Origin: an uncultured Acidobacteriota bacterium | Lineage (GTDB): Bacteria > Acidobacteriota > Polarisedimenticolia > J045 | Assembly: GCA_963702425.1 (NCBI GenBank) | Contig: CAVPCQ010000016.1 | Span: 32,001-96,000 of the forward strand | Length of the DNA stretch: 64,000 nucleotides | Direction of reading: 5' to 3' | In this document: piece by piece, positions 38,371 to 47,560 of the stretch | How the letters are laid out: every line of letters starts with the position of its first letter | How positions within the stretch are numbered: position 1 is the first letter of the stretch | Notes under the pieces: generated by a model | What the model was told of the DNA's origin: nothing | Databases searched by the model: none | Seen by the model: the letters and a program-made list of their open reading frames with translations, nothing else | Translations under genes and position numbers: made by a program

Positions 38371-40854
38371 ATGATCCGCCCCGACACGCCTGAGCCGCCG
38401 AGCCAAGCCGCACCGGGCGGAGCGCCGCCTCGTGCCCGGCGCGGTCGGCTGGGGCTGGTGGCCACCGGGATCGTCGTGGCGCTCGTCCTGGCCGGCTTCT
38501 CGACGGTCGGCGTCGTGCGGCAGGTGCTGCGCGCGAGCCTCCCCCAGCTCGACGGCTCGCACCCGCTCGCGGGCCTCGCGGCACCGGTCACGGTGGAGCG
38601 CGACACCCTCGGCATTCCGACCGTGACGGCGTCGAGCCCGCTCGACGCCTACCGCGCGCTCGGATTCCTGCACGCCCAGGAGCGCTTCTTCCAGATGGAC
38701 CTGGCGCGGCGTGCGGCAGCGGGCGAACTGGCCGCGCTCTTCGGTGCGGTCGCCGTGGACGCCGATCGCGCGGTGCGCATCCACCGCTTCCGCGCCCGCG
38801 CCGAGGCTGCGGTCGCGGCCGCCGGCCCGGACGCGCAGGCCACGCTCGTGGCCTACACGCAGGGGGTCAACGCGGGCCTGGCCGCCCTGCGGGCGCGGCC
38901 GTTCGAGTACTTCCTGCTGCGGGCCGACCCGGTCGCGTGGCGCCCCGAGGACACGCTCCTCGTCGTCGACTCGATGTACCTGGAGCTGCAGGACGACCGC
39001 GGCCGGCGCGAGGAGCGGCTGGCACTGCTCTACGGCGCGCTTCCGGCAGCGCTGGCCGACTTCCTCGCCCCGCGCGGCACGCCGTGGGATGCCCCGCTCG
39101 AGGGCCCGGCGTTCGAGCTCCCCGAGGTCCCGGGACCCGAAGTGATCGACCTGCGCACCGCCCCGTCGCCGCCGAAGAGCTCCGCCGCGCGGATAGCGGG
39201 TGAGCCGGACCAGCCCGCGTCGCTCGGCAGCAACAACTGGGCGGTCGCCGGCCGGCGCACGGCAGACGGCCGGGCGCTGCTCGCCGGCGACATGCACCTG
39301 CCGCTCGCCGTACCCGCCACCTGGTACCGCGCATCGCTCGCCTGGCCGCGCCGCGACGGCGCGACGGGCGAGGTGCGGGTCAGCGGTGTGACGCTCCCCG
39401 GCGTTCCCGCGGTTGTTGCGGGCAGCAACGGCCGCGTCGCGTGGGCCTTCACGAACAGCTACGTCGACACCGGCGACCTGGTCCTGCTCGACCCGGCGCC
39501 AGGTGCCGTCGACAGCGAGCCGCCGCGCTACATGACCCCCGAAGGTCCGCGCGCGGCTGAACGATTCGTGGAGCGGATCGAGGTCCGGGGCGGCGCTGCG
39601 GCCACGGTCGAGGTGCAGGAGACGATCTGGGGCCCGATCGTCGGCAGCGGGCCCGACGGCCGCGTGCGCGCCTTCCGCTGGACGGCCCACGATCCGGACG
39701 CGGTGAACCTCGAACTGCTCGCCCTGGCCGAGGCCGGAACCGTCGACGAAGCGCTGGCGATCGCCCCGCGTTGCGGCATCCCGGCCCAGAACCTCGCGGT
39801 CATCGACACCGCGGGCCGGATCGGCTGGACGATCGCCGGGCACGTGCCGCGGCGCTTCGGCTTCGACGGGCGCCTTCCGACCTCCTGGGCCGACGGCACG
39901 CGCGGCTGGAACGGCGTGCTCGCACCGGAGGAGCAGCCGCGCGTCGTCGATCCGCCGGGGGGCACCCTCTGGACCGCCAATGCGCGCGTCGTCGGCGGAG
40001 AGGCGCTGGCCCGGCTCGGCGATGGAGGCTACGACCTCGGCGCGCGCGCGAAGCAGATCCGGGACGGGCTGCAAGCGCTGGAACAGCCCGACGAGCAGGC
40101 CATGCTCGCACTGCAGCTCGACGATCGGGCGCTCCTGCTCGCCCCCTGGAGGGATCTCCTGCTCGAGTCGCTCGGTCCGGAGGTCGCGGCGACCGACCCG
40201 CGGCGCGCGGAGGCCCGCCGGCTGATCGAGACCTGGGGAGGTCGGGCCGCGACCGCTTCCGCGGGCTACCGGATCGTCCGCGGCTTCCGGCTCAACTTCG
40301 CGCGCCAGACCTTCCGGGCCCTGGTCGCCCCCTGCGAGAAGGCCGACCCGTCGTTCAGCATCTTCGCGCTCCCACAGTGGGAGGGGCCGCTCTGGCAGCT
40401 CGTGCGCCGGCGGCCGGGCCACCTGCTCGACCCGCGCTTCTCGAGCTGGAACGACGCGATCCTGTCCGCGCTCGACGCGACGCTGGCCGAGCTGACCGCC
40501 GACGGCGCCGCGCTGGCCACCGCGACCTGGGGCCGGCGCAACACGCTCGCCATCCGGCACCCGCTGTCGGGTGCGATCCCGTTCGCCGGAACGTGGCTCG
40601 ACATGCCGGCGATGGAGATGCCGGGCGACGACGACATGCCGCGCGTGCAGATCGGGTCGCTGGGCGCATCGCAGCGGATGGTGGTCTCGCCGGGGCACGA
40701 GGCGCAGGGCTTCTTCCAGATGCCCTGCGGCCAGAGCGGGCACCCGCTCTCGCCGCACTACCGCGACCAGCAGCAGGCCTGGGCGCGCGGCGCTCCGGCG
40801 CCGTTCCTGCCGGGGGCCGCGGTCCACCGGCTCGAGCTCGGCCCGGCCCGCTGA
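38371..40854 (+). CDS. Penicillin acylase family (S45 Ntn-hydrolase)
   Basis: RDTLGIPTV, GFLHAQERFFQMDL, GSNNWAV (Ser nucleophile), DMHL, TANAR, GQSGHPLSPHYRDQ. Confidence 0.95.
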   Translation: MIRPDTPEPPSQAAPGGAPPRARRGRLGLVATGIVVALVLAGFSTVGVVRQVLRASLPQLDGSHPLAGLAAPVTVERDTLGIPTVTASSPLDAYRALGFLHAQERFFQMDLARRAAAGELAALFGAVAVDADRAVRIHRFRARAEAAVAAAGPDAQATLVAYTQGVNAGLAALRARPFEYFLLRADPVAWRPEDTLLVVDSMYLELQDDRGRREERLALLYGALPAALADFLAPRGTPWDAPLEGPAFELPEVPGPEVIDLRTAPSPPKSSAARIAGEPDQPASLGSNNWAVAGRRTADGRALLAGDMHLPLAVPATWYRASLAWPRRDGATGEVRVSGVTLPGVPAVVAGSNGRVAWAFTNSYVDTGDLVLLDPAPGAVDSEPPRYMTPEGPRAAERFVERIEVRGGAAATVEVQETIWGPIVGSGPDGRVRAFRWTAHDPDAVNLELLALAEAGTVDEALAIAPRCGIPAQNLAVIDTAGRIGWTIAGHVPRRFGFDGRLPTSWADGTRGWNGVLAPEEQPRVVDPPGGTLWTANARVVGGEALARLGDGGYDLGARAKQIRDGLQALEQPDEQAMLALQLDDRALLLAPWRDLLLESLGPEVAATDPRRAEARRLIETWGGRAATASAGYRIVRGFRLNFARQTFRALVAPCEKADPSFSIFALPQWEGPLWQLVRRRPGHLLDPRFSSWNDAILSALDATLAELTADGAALATATWGRRNTLAIRHPLSGAIPFAGTWLDMPAMEMPGDDDMPRVQIGSLGASQRMVVSPGHEAQGFFQMPCGQSGHPLSPHYRDQQQAWARGAPAPFLPGAAVHRLELGPAR

Positions 40855-40873
40855 CGGCGTGGTCGAGCCGCCG

Positions 40874-42061
40874 ATGCCCGCCTTCGTCACGCTGCTCGCT
40901 CTTTTCGCCTCGGCCTGCCTCGCCGGCGCGATCGTCTCGGGTGCGGCGCTGCTCGTCGTCGCGCGCGGGCTCCGATTCCTGCGCGACATCCCGCCGGCCA
41001 TGGGCGACCGGCTTCCCGCGGTGAGCATCGTGATCGCGGCGCGCGACGAGGCGGCAGGCGTCGAGCACACGGTTCGCTCGCTGCTGGCCCAGGACTACCC
41101 ACAGCTCTCGATCGTCGCAGTGAACGACCGCTCGACCGACGGGACCGATGCGATCCTCGACCGGCTCGCTGCGACGGACCCGCGCCTCACGGCCGTGCAC
41201 CTGGCCGAGCTGCCGCCCGGCTGGCTCGGCAAGAACCGCGCGCACTCCGTCGGCGCCGCGCGGGCGGAGGGAGAGTTCCTGCTCTTCACCGACGGCGACG
41301 TCCTCTTCGCCCCGGACGCCCTGCGCCGCGCGATCGGCCTCGCCCTGCACGAGCGCCTGGACCTGCTCGCCGCGGCGCCCGAGATTCACGCGCGCGGGGC
41401 GCTGCTGCGCGCGGTCGTGGCCGCGTTCACCTTCTACTTCGCGCTGGCGATCCCGCCCTGGCGGGTGCGCGACCCGCGCCGCCGGGAGGCGATCGGGATC
41501 GGGGCCTTCAACCTCGTGCGGGCCGACACCTACCGCGCGGCCGGTGGTCACGCGGCGTTCGCGATGCGCCCCGACGACGACCTCGCGCTGGCACGGGCGC
41601 TCAAGCGCGCCGGGGCGCGGTCCGCGGTCCTTTCCGGGATCGGAGTGGTCGCGGTCGAGTGGTACCCCGGCGTCCGCGCGCTGGTGGACGGCCTGCAGAA
41701 GAACATCTTCTCCGGCTTCGACTTCAGCGCATCCCGGGCGCTGGCCGCGGTGGCGGCGATCCTGTCCGGCAACGTGCTCCCGTTCGTGGCGCCGTTCGTG
41801 ACGCCGTCCCCGGCGCGCTGGATTTTCGCCGCGGCCGCCGCGCTGCTCGTGATCCAGGTCGGCGCGGCCGCCCGCGGCGCGGGGCTGCCGTGGCGCTCGG
41901 GCCTGCTCTTCCCGGCCGCGGCGCTCGTCTGGGCCTGGATCGTCCTGCGCGGGACGATCGTGCCCCTCGCCCGCGGCGAGATCGAGTGGCGCGGGACACG
42001 CTATCCGCTCGAGGAGCTGCGACGGGCCGGGGAAGGAACGCCGGGCGCGAAGTCGGCCTGA
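40874..42061 (+). CDS. Membrane family 2 glycosyltransferase (hopanoid/carotenoid-type GT2)
   Basis: VSIVIAARDE, VNDRSTDGT, LPPGWLGK, LFTDGD, DDL, WRG C-terminus. Confidence 0.85.
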   Translation: MPAFVTLLALFASACLAGAIVSGAALLVVARGLRFLRDIPPAMGDRLPAVSIVIAARDEAAGVEHTVRSLLAQDYPQLSIVAVNDRSTDGTDAILDRLAATDPRLTAVHLAELPPGWLGKNRAHSVGAARAEGEFLLFTDGDVLFAPDALRRAIGLALHERLDLLAAAPEIHARGALLRAVVAAFTFYFALAIPPWRVRDPRRREAIGIGAFNLVRADTYRAAGGHAAFAMRPDDDLALARALKRAGARSAVLSGIGVVAVEWYPGVRALVDGLQKNIFSGFDFSASRALAAVAAILSGNVLPFVAPFVTPSPARWIFAAAAALLVIQVGAAARGAGLPWRSGLLFPAAALVWAWIVLRGTIVPLARGEIEWRGTRYPLEELRRAGEGTPGAKSA

Positions 42062-42114
42062 GGTCGGCGGGCCGGACCGGGCTCTGATAAGCTCCCGCCC
42101 TTTCCGGAGGCTCG

Positions 42115-43938
42115 ATGAGAAGGCTCGCCGCCGTCACGCTGCTCTGGCTCCTGGCGCCCATTCTCGCCGGATCCGTTGGCCACGCCTGCACCAACTTCCT
42201 GGTCTCGAAGGGCGCGAGCGCCGACGGGTCCACGATGATCACCTACTCCGCCGACTCCCACGAGCTCTACGGCGAGTTGTACCACTGGCCGGCGGCCAAG
42301 TACCCGCCGGGGGTGCAGCGCGACATCATCGAGTGGGATACGGGGAAGTTCCTGGGCCGGATCCCGGAGGCCGCGGAGACCTACGCCGTCATCGGCAACA
42401 TCAACGAGCACCAGGTGGCGATCGGCGAGACCACGTGGGGCGGGCGGCCCGAGCTGGCCGGATCGGATGGGCTCATCGACTACGGCAGCCTGATGTACAT
42501 CGCGCTGCAGCGCGCCCGGACCGCCCGCGAGGCGATCGCGGTCATGACCAGCCTCGTCGCGGAGCACGGGTACGCCAGCACGGGGGAGTCGTTCTCGATC
42601 GCCGATCCGCAGGAGGTCTGGATCCTCGAGCTGATCGGCAAGGGGAAGGGCCGCAAGGGCGCGGTCTGGGTGGCCCGTCGCGTTCCCGACGGCTACATCT
42701 CCGGGCACGCCAACGCCGCGCGGATCCGACAGTTCCCGCTGAACGACCCGCAGGCCGAGACGCTCTACGCCCCCGACGTGATCACCTTCGCCCGCGAGCT
42801 GGGGTGGTTCAGCGGCAAGGACGAGGAGTTCTCGTTCGCCGACACCTACAGCCCGACCGACTTCGGCGCCCGGCGCTTCTGCGACGCGCGGGTCTGGTGC
42901 ATGTTCCACCGCGCGGCCCCCTCCCGGCAGATTCCGGTCTCCTGGGCCGACGGGAAGGACGCGTCCGCCGAACCGCTCCCGCTCTGGGTCAAGCCCGATC
43001 GCAAGGTGAGCGTCTCCGACGTCATGGGCTTCATGCGCGATCACTTCCAGGGGACTCCGCTCGACATGACCCAGGACATCGGCGCGGGGCCGTACGGGCT
43101 GCCCTACCGCTGGCGGCCGCTGACCTGGAAAGTCGACGGCGTCGAGTACCTCAACGAGCGCGCGGTCTCGACGCAGCAGACCGGGTTCTCGTTCGTCAGC
43201 CAGTCGCGCTCGTGGCTCCCGGATGCCATCGGCGGGGTCCTGTGGTTCGGCGTCGACGACACCTACAGCACCGTCTACTTCCCGGTCTACGCCGGGATCG
43301 AGAAGATCCCGGTCAACTGGGCCGTCGGAACCGGGTCCTTCGACGAGGTGACCTGGGACTCCGCCTTCTGGGTCTTCAACCAGGTCTCGAACTTCGCCTA
43401 CTCGCGATTCAACGACAAGATCCAGGACATCCAGAAGGTCCAGCGGGAGCTGGAGGGGAGGTTCCTCGCGGCTCAGCCGGAGGTCGACAGGGCCGCCGCG
43501 GCGCTCTACGCGCAGTCGCCCCGCCTGGCCAGGGACTACCTGACTCAGTACACCGCCGAAGCCGGCGCCGAGGTCGTGAGCCGCTGGAGGGAGCTCTCGA
43601 AGTTCCTGCTCTACAAGTACCTCGACGGGAACGTGAAGGACGCGACCGGGAAGGTGACGCACCCCGGGTACGACGAGGACTGGTACAAGCTGGTCGCGAG
43701 CGCGACCGGGGACCGGCTCAAGACCGCGAAGCTCCCGGCGGAGATCGAGGCGGAACGCGCCCAGAAGGAGAAGGCGGCGAAGCTCTCCCAGGCGGTCCTC
43801 GCGGTCTTCCAGGCCCGGGGGCTCGAGGTCAGCGCCGCAACGCGCGAGAAGATCCTGGCGGCGGATGACCCCGGGAAGCTCGAGTCCTGGCTCGTCAACG
43901 CCGCGACGGCCTCCACCCCCGCGGCGGCCATCGACTGA
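42115..43938 (+). CDS. C69-family dipeptidase (secreted Ntn-hydrolase) with an extra C-terminal domain
   Basis: Signal peptide then CTNFLV (Cys nucleophile), SADGS..TYSAD, NEHQVAIGETT, ALQRARTAREA, SAFWVFN. Confidence 0.92.
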   Translation: MRRLAAVTLLWLLAPILAGSVGHACTNFLVSKGASADGSTMITYSADSHELYGELYHWPAAKYPPGVQRDIIEWDTGKFLGRIPEAAETYAVIGNINEHQVAIGETTWGGRPELAGSDGLIDYGSLMYIALQRARTAREAIAVMTSLVAEHGYASTGESFSIADPQEVWILELIGKGKGRKGAVWVARRVPDGYISGHANAARIRQFPLNDPQAETLYAPDVITFARELGWFSGKDEEFSFADTYSPTDFGARRFCDARVWCMFHRAAPSRQIPVSWADGKDASAEPLPLWVKPDRKVSVSDVMGFMRDHFQGTPLDMTQDIGAGPYGLPYRWRPLTWKVDGVEYLNERAVSTQQTGFSFVSQSRSWLPDAIGGVLWFGVDDTYSTVYFPVYAGIEKIPVNWAVGTGSFDEVTWDSAFWVFNQVSNFAYSRFNDKIQDIQKVQRELEGRFLAAQPEVDRAAAALYAQSPRLARDYLTQYTAEAGAEVVSRWRELSKFLLYKYLDGNVKDATGKVTHPGYDEDWYKLVASATGDRLKTAKLPAEIEAERAQKEKAAKLSQAVLAVFQARGLEVSAATREKILAADDPGKLESWLVNAATASTPAAAID

Positions 43939-43955
43939 CGGGTCGACGCGCCCTG

Positions 43956-44780
43956 CTAGTCCCCGCCGTAGGCGATCTCGAGCCGCCGCGCCCGCTGCAT
44001 CGCGAGCCAGACCAGCGCCGCCGCCAGCGCGAGCACGCCGAGCACGGCCAGCCAGACCGGCGGCGGGTCGGCCACGATCGCGAACGGCCCCTCGTTGATC
44101 GGCACCGGCCGCAGCGCGTTCAGGTAGTGGATCACGCTGAGCTGCTTGAGCCAGCCGGGCAGGAACGGGTTGGCGGCCTCGACGGCCCAGATCGCGACGG
44201 CCGGCAGCAGCGGGTTCTTGAACATCATCCCGGCGAGCGTGAAGACCGCGCCGTAGCCGACGACCGCCAGCAGCACGATCGCGAGGTACCAGGGGATCAG
44301 GTAGGCCTGCCGGGAGAGGGTCGCCGTACCGAGCGGCAGGAACCCCAGCACGAGGGCGACGAGCGTCACCGTCCCGAAGACCGCCCAGCCCGCCGCGACC
44401 CCGGCCGCGTACTTCCCGGCGACCAGCACCTCGCGCCGGATCGGCGCGAGCAGGAAGTAGTGGAGCGTGCGGTCCAGCAGGTCGCCGCGGAACAGGTTCA
44501 TGAAGATCCAGACGCAGCCCAGGTAGACCGCGAAGCGCAGCACGAGGAACTCGAAGAAGTTGGCGAGCCCCTGCGTGAAGTTCGCGATCGAGACCGTGCG
44601 GTCGGGTGACATCGGGATCACCGCGCGCAGCACGGGCGGCAACAGCGCCAGCGCGGCGAGCCCGTAGACCAGCAGCGCACGCTTGCCGAACAGTGCCTTC
44701 TTCAGCTCCATCCGGAACAGCGCGGCGAACTGCTGGCGCCACACCGGCCACGGCAGCGCGCGGATCTCGGCGGTCGTCAC
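43956..44780 (-). CDS. ABC-2 type transporter permease
   Basis: Multi-TM protein, DRTLHYFLLAPIRR..LVAGKY; coupled to the upstream ATPase. Confidence 0.85.
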   Translation of the reverse strand: MTTAEIRALPWPVWRQQFAALFRMELKKALFGKRALLVYGLAALALLPPVLRAVIPMSPDRTVSIANFTQGLANFFEFLVLRFAVYLGCVWIFMNLFRGDLLDRTLHYFLLAPIRREVLVAGKYAAGVAAGWAVFGTVTLVALVLGFLPLGTATLSRQAYLIPWYLAIVLLAVVGYGAVFTLAGMMFKNPLLPAVAIWAVEAANPFLPGWLKQLSVIHYLNALRPVPINEGPFAIVADPPPVWLAVLGVLALAAALVWLAMQRARRLEIAYGGD

Positions 44781-45769
44781 GAGCCCCCCCGTCCGGCGTC
44801 CTGGATCAGGTACTGGTAGACCGACTGGACGTCGTCGTCGGCCGGCGCCACGGCGTCGATCCGCGCCCCCGACGCGAGCACGACGCGATTGAGCGCCAGG
44901 AAGAAGGCGTCGGCGTCCTCGGTCCGGACGAACAGGCCCCCCTTGTCGGCGTGCAGCTTGACCTCGACCACCCCGTCCTCCGCCATCAGGCTCGCGGCGA
45001 GGACCTGCGGGGCGTCGCAGCGGATCAGCACCTGCAGCGGGTGGCGCCGCATCTCGCCGCGGACCGCCTGGATGTTCCCTTCCGCGACGACGTAGCCCTC
45101 GTTGAGCAGCACGACCTGGTCGGAGAGCAGGTCGACCTCGTGCAGGATGTGTGAGGAGAGGATGACGTGCCGGCCGGCGCGGGCCTGCACGCGCAGCAGC
45201 GCGATCACCTCGGCCCGGGCCAGCGGGTCGAGCCCGTTGAGCGGCTCGTCGAGGATCAGCACCTGCGGGTCGACGGCGAGCGCGAGGCCCAGCCGCAGCC
45301 GCTGGCGCATCCCCTTCGAGTAGCCCGCGACCCGTCGATCCGCAGCCTCGGAGAGGCCGACCTGCTCGAGCATCTCGGCCGCACGCTCCCGCGCCCACGC
45401 GGCGCCGTGCCCGCTCAGCGCCAGGAGCGAGACCAGGAACGAGCGCCCGGTCGCCCCCGGCGGGAACGCGTCCTGCTGCGTGCAGAAGCCGACCCGCTGG
45501 AACAGCTGCTCGGGGTGCCCGGGGGAGATCCCGAGCACCGAGACCGTCCCCGCGCTCGGGCGCAGCAGGCCGGTCATCAGCCCCATCAGCGTGCTCTTGC
45601 CGGCGCCGTTGGGGCCGACCAGGCCGGTGATCCCGGGCGGGATCGCCAGCGTGACGCGGTTGACCCCGAGCGTCTCGCCGTAGAACTTCGAGACGTTGTC
45701 GAAGATCACCAGTTCCTCACGCGGGCGGCGGACCGGTGCCTCTGCGCCGCTCCCGCTGGCCGCGCTCAC
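44777..45769 (-). CDS. ABC transporter ATP-binding protein
   Basis: GPNGAGKS, YSKGMRQR, ILDEPLNGLD, SSH. Confidence 0.95.
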   Translation of the reverse strand: MSAASGSGAEAPVRRPREELVIFDNVSKFYGETLGVNRVTLAIPPGITGLVGPNGAGKSTLMGLMTGLLRPSAGTVSVLGISPGHPEQLFQRVGFCTQQDAFPPGATGRSFLVSLLALSGHGAAWARERAAEMLEQVGLSEAADRRVAGYSKGMRQRLRLGLALAVDPQVLILDEPLNGLDPLARAEVIALLRVQARAGRHVILSSHILHEVDLLSDQVVLLNEGYVVAEGNIQAVRGEMRRHPLQVLIRCDAPQVLAASLMAEDGVVEVKLHADKGGLFVRTEDADAFFLALNRVVLASGARIDAVAPADDDVQSVYQYLIQDAGRGGS

Positions 45770-46644
45770 CGGACCACCTCGTAGGCCTTGACGCGGCGGT
45801 GGAGCAGCACGACGCACCCGGCGCAGACCAGCCCGAGCACGACGAATGCCGCCCACGGCGGCAGGTCGCCGACCTCGCTGCTCAGCGTGGTCCCGAACAG
45901 CCAGGACCAGGCGGTCTGGATCAGGTGGTTGATGTCGAGCAGACGCCCCCAGCTGGTGTCGAGCAGGGCGTTCATCGCCAGGCCGAACGGAGCGCCCGCG
46001 ACGAAGATCGCGAAGATCACCGCCCCCGCCAGCGGCTTCCATTTGACCAGCGCCGAGATCGACAGCGCCAGCAGCGTCAGCACAGCGATCAGCAGCCACG
46101 AGCCGGCGAACACGCCGACCGCCAGGCGCAGGTTCTCGGACCACCACGAGCCGCCGGCCAGGGCGGCCTGAAAGAGCCAGAGCAGGAGGCCGGGGACCCA
46201 GGTCATCAGCGACAGCACCAGCGCGAGGACCAGCCCCTTGCCGACGAGGTACTCGGTGCGGGTCAGCGGCCGGCTGAAGTAGAGCGGCAGGGCGTTGTTG
46301 CGCAGGTCGGGCGAGATCAGCCCGGGGCCGACGAAGAGCGTCGTGAAGAACGCGAAGATCAGCCCCTGGACATAGAGGAAGTTGAGGAAGTACTTCGCGC
46401 CGATCGAGAACGAGAGCGCCCCGCCGACACTGATCCCGAGCGGCTTGAGGATCTCGAGATTGTTGATCCCGTAGAGATAGAGGGCGTTGCCGATCGGCCA
46501 GGCCAGGCAGGCCACGAACCAGCCGACGAACTTCCTGTTGGCGAGGAGGTCGGCCAGCGCGTAGCGCGTGACGACCGTCCGCCGCGCCGCCTCCGAGGCG
46601 ACCGGTCCGGCGTAGGCCCGGTAGGCGCGCTCATAGACGGCCAT
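45766..46644 (-). CDS. ABC-2 type transporter permease
   Basis: [31 protein letters not shown]; about six TM helices. Confidence 0.88.
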   Translation of the reverse strand: MAVYERAYRAYAGPVASEAARRTVVTRYALADLLANRKFVGWFVACLAWPIGNALYLYGINNLEILKPLGISVGGALSFSIGAKYFLNFLYVQGLIFAFFTTLFVGPGLISPDLRNNALPLYFSRPLTRTEYLVGKGLVLALVLSLMTWVPGLLLWLFQAALAGGSWWSENLRLAVGVFAGSWLLIAVLTLLALSISALVKWKPLAGAVIFAIFVAGAPFGLAMNALLDTSWGRLLDINHLIQTAWSWLFGTTLSSEVGDLPPWAAFVVLGLVCAGCVVLLHRRVKAYEVVR

Positions 46645-47560
46645 CGATCTCCCCCATCGCCGCCAGGAAGATCTCCTCGAGCGAGGTGCGTTTGACTTCC
46701 AGCCGCCGCAGCTGCACGCCGCGCTCGGCCGCCGCGCGGAAGAGGTGGGTGACGTCGAGCCCCTCCGGGAGGAGGACCTTGATCCGCTTGCGCGACCCGG
46801 CCGTGCACTCGCCGCCGAGCTGCGCCACCGCGGCGACGAAGGCGTCGCTGTTCCCGACCGCCTCGACCTCGACCAGGCGCTGCTGTGCGCGGCGCTCTGC
46901 AGCCAGGTTGCACTGCGCGGCGATCGCGCCGTTCTTCAGCACCAGCACCTCCTCGCAGCTCTCCTCGACGTCGCGCAGCAGGTGCGAGGAGAGGATCAGG
47001 TGCATGTCACCGCGCTCGCGGATGTCCCGGATCAGCTCGATCATCCGGACGCGGTGCGGCGGGTCGAGTCCGTTGGTCGGCTCGTCGAGGATCAGGAGCC
47101 TCGGCCCGTGGACGATCGCCTGGGCCAGCTTGGCCTGCTGCTTCATCCCCAGTGAGTAGGTGCCCAGCGGCCGGTAGCGCGCCTCGCCGAGGCCGACCCA
47201 GAAGAGCGCCTCGTGGGCCCGCTCGAGCGCCTGCTCGGCCGGGAGGCCCGACAGCTCCGCCATCAGCCGCACGTACCGGACGGCCGACATCTCGGCGATG
47301 AAGCTGTCGTTCTCGGGCATGTAGCCGACCAGCCGGCGGATCGCGCCGATCCCGGTCCGGATGTCGTGGCCGAAGACGCGAGCGGTGCCGTCGCTCGGCG
47401 GGAAGAAGCCGAGCAGCGTGTGCAGGAGGGTCGTCTTCCCGGCCCCGTTCGGGCCGAGCAGCCCCAGCGTACGACCGCCCAGCCCGGCGGTGAGGCCCTT
47501 GAGGATGGGCCTCCCGCCGAGCCGGACCGTCAGCTGGTCGAGTTCGATCGCCGGCGTCAT
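46631..47560 (-). CDS. ABC transporter ATP-binding protein
   Basis: [28 protein letters not shown]. Confidence 0.95.
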   Translation of the reverse strand: MTPAIELDQLTVRLGGRPILKGLTAGLGGRTLGLLGPNGAGKTTLLHTLLGFFPPSDGTARVFGHDIRTGIGAIRRLVGYMPENDSFIAEMSAVRYVRLMAELSGLPAEQALERAHEALFWVGLGEARYRPLGTYSLGMKQQAKLAQAIVHGPRLLILDEPTNGLDPPHRVRMIELIRDIRERGDMHLILSSHLLRDVEESCEEVLVLKNGAIAAQCNLAAERRAQQRLVEVEAVGNSDAFVAAVAQLGGECTAGSRKRIKVLLPEGLDVTHLFRAAAERGVQLRRLEVKRTSLEEIFLAAMGEIDGRL

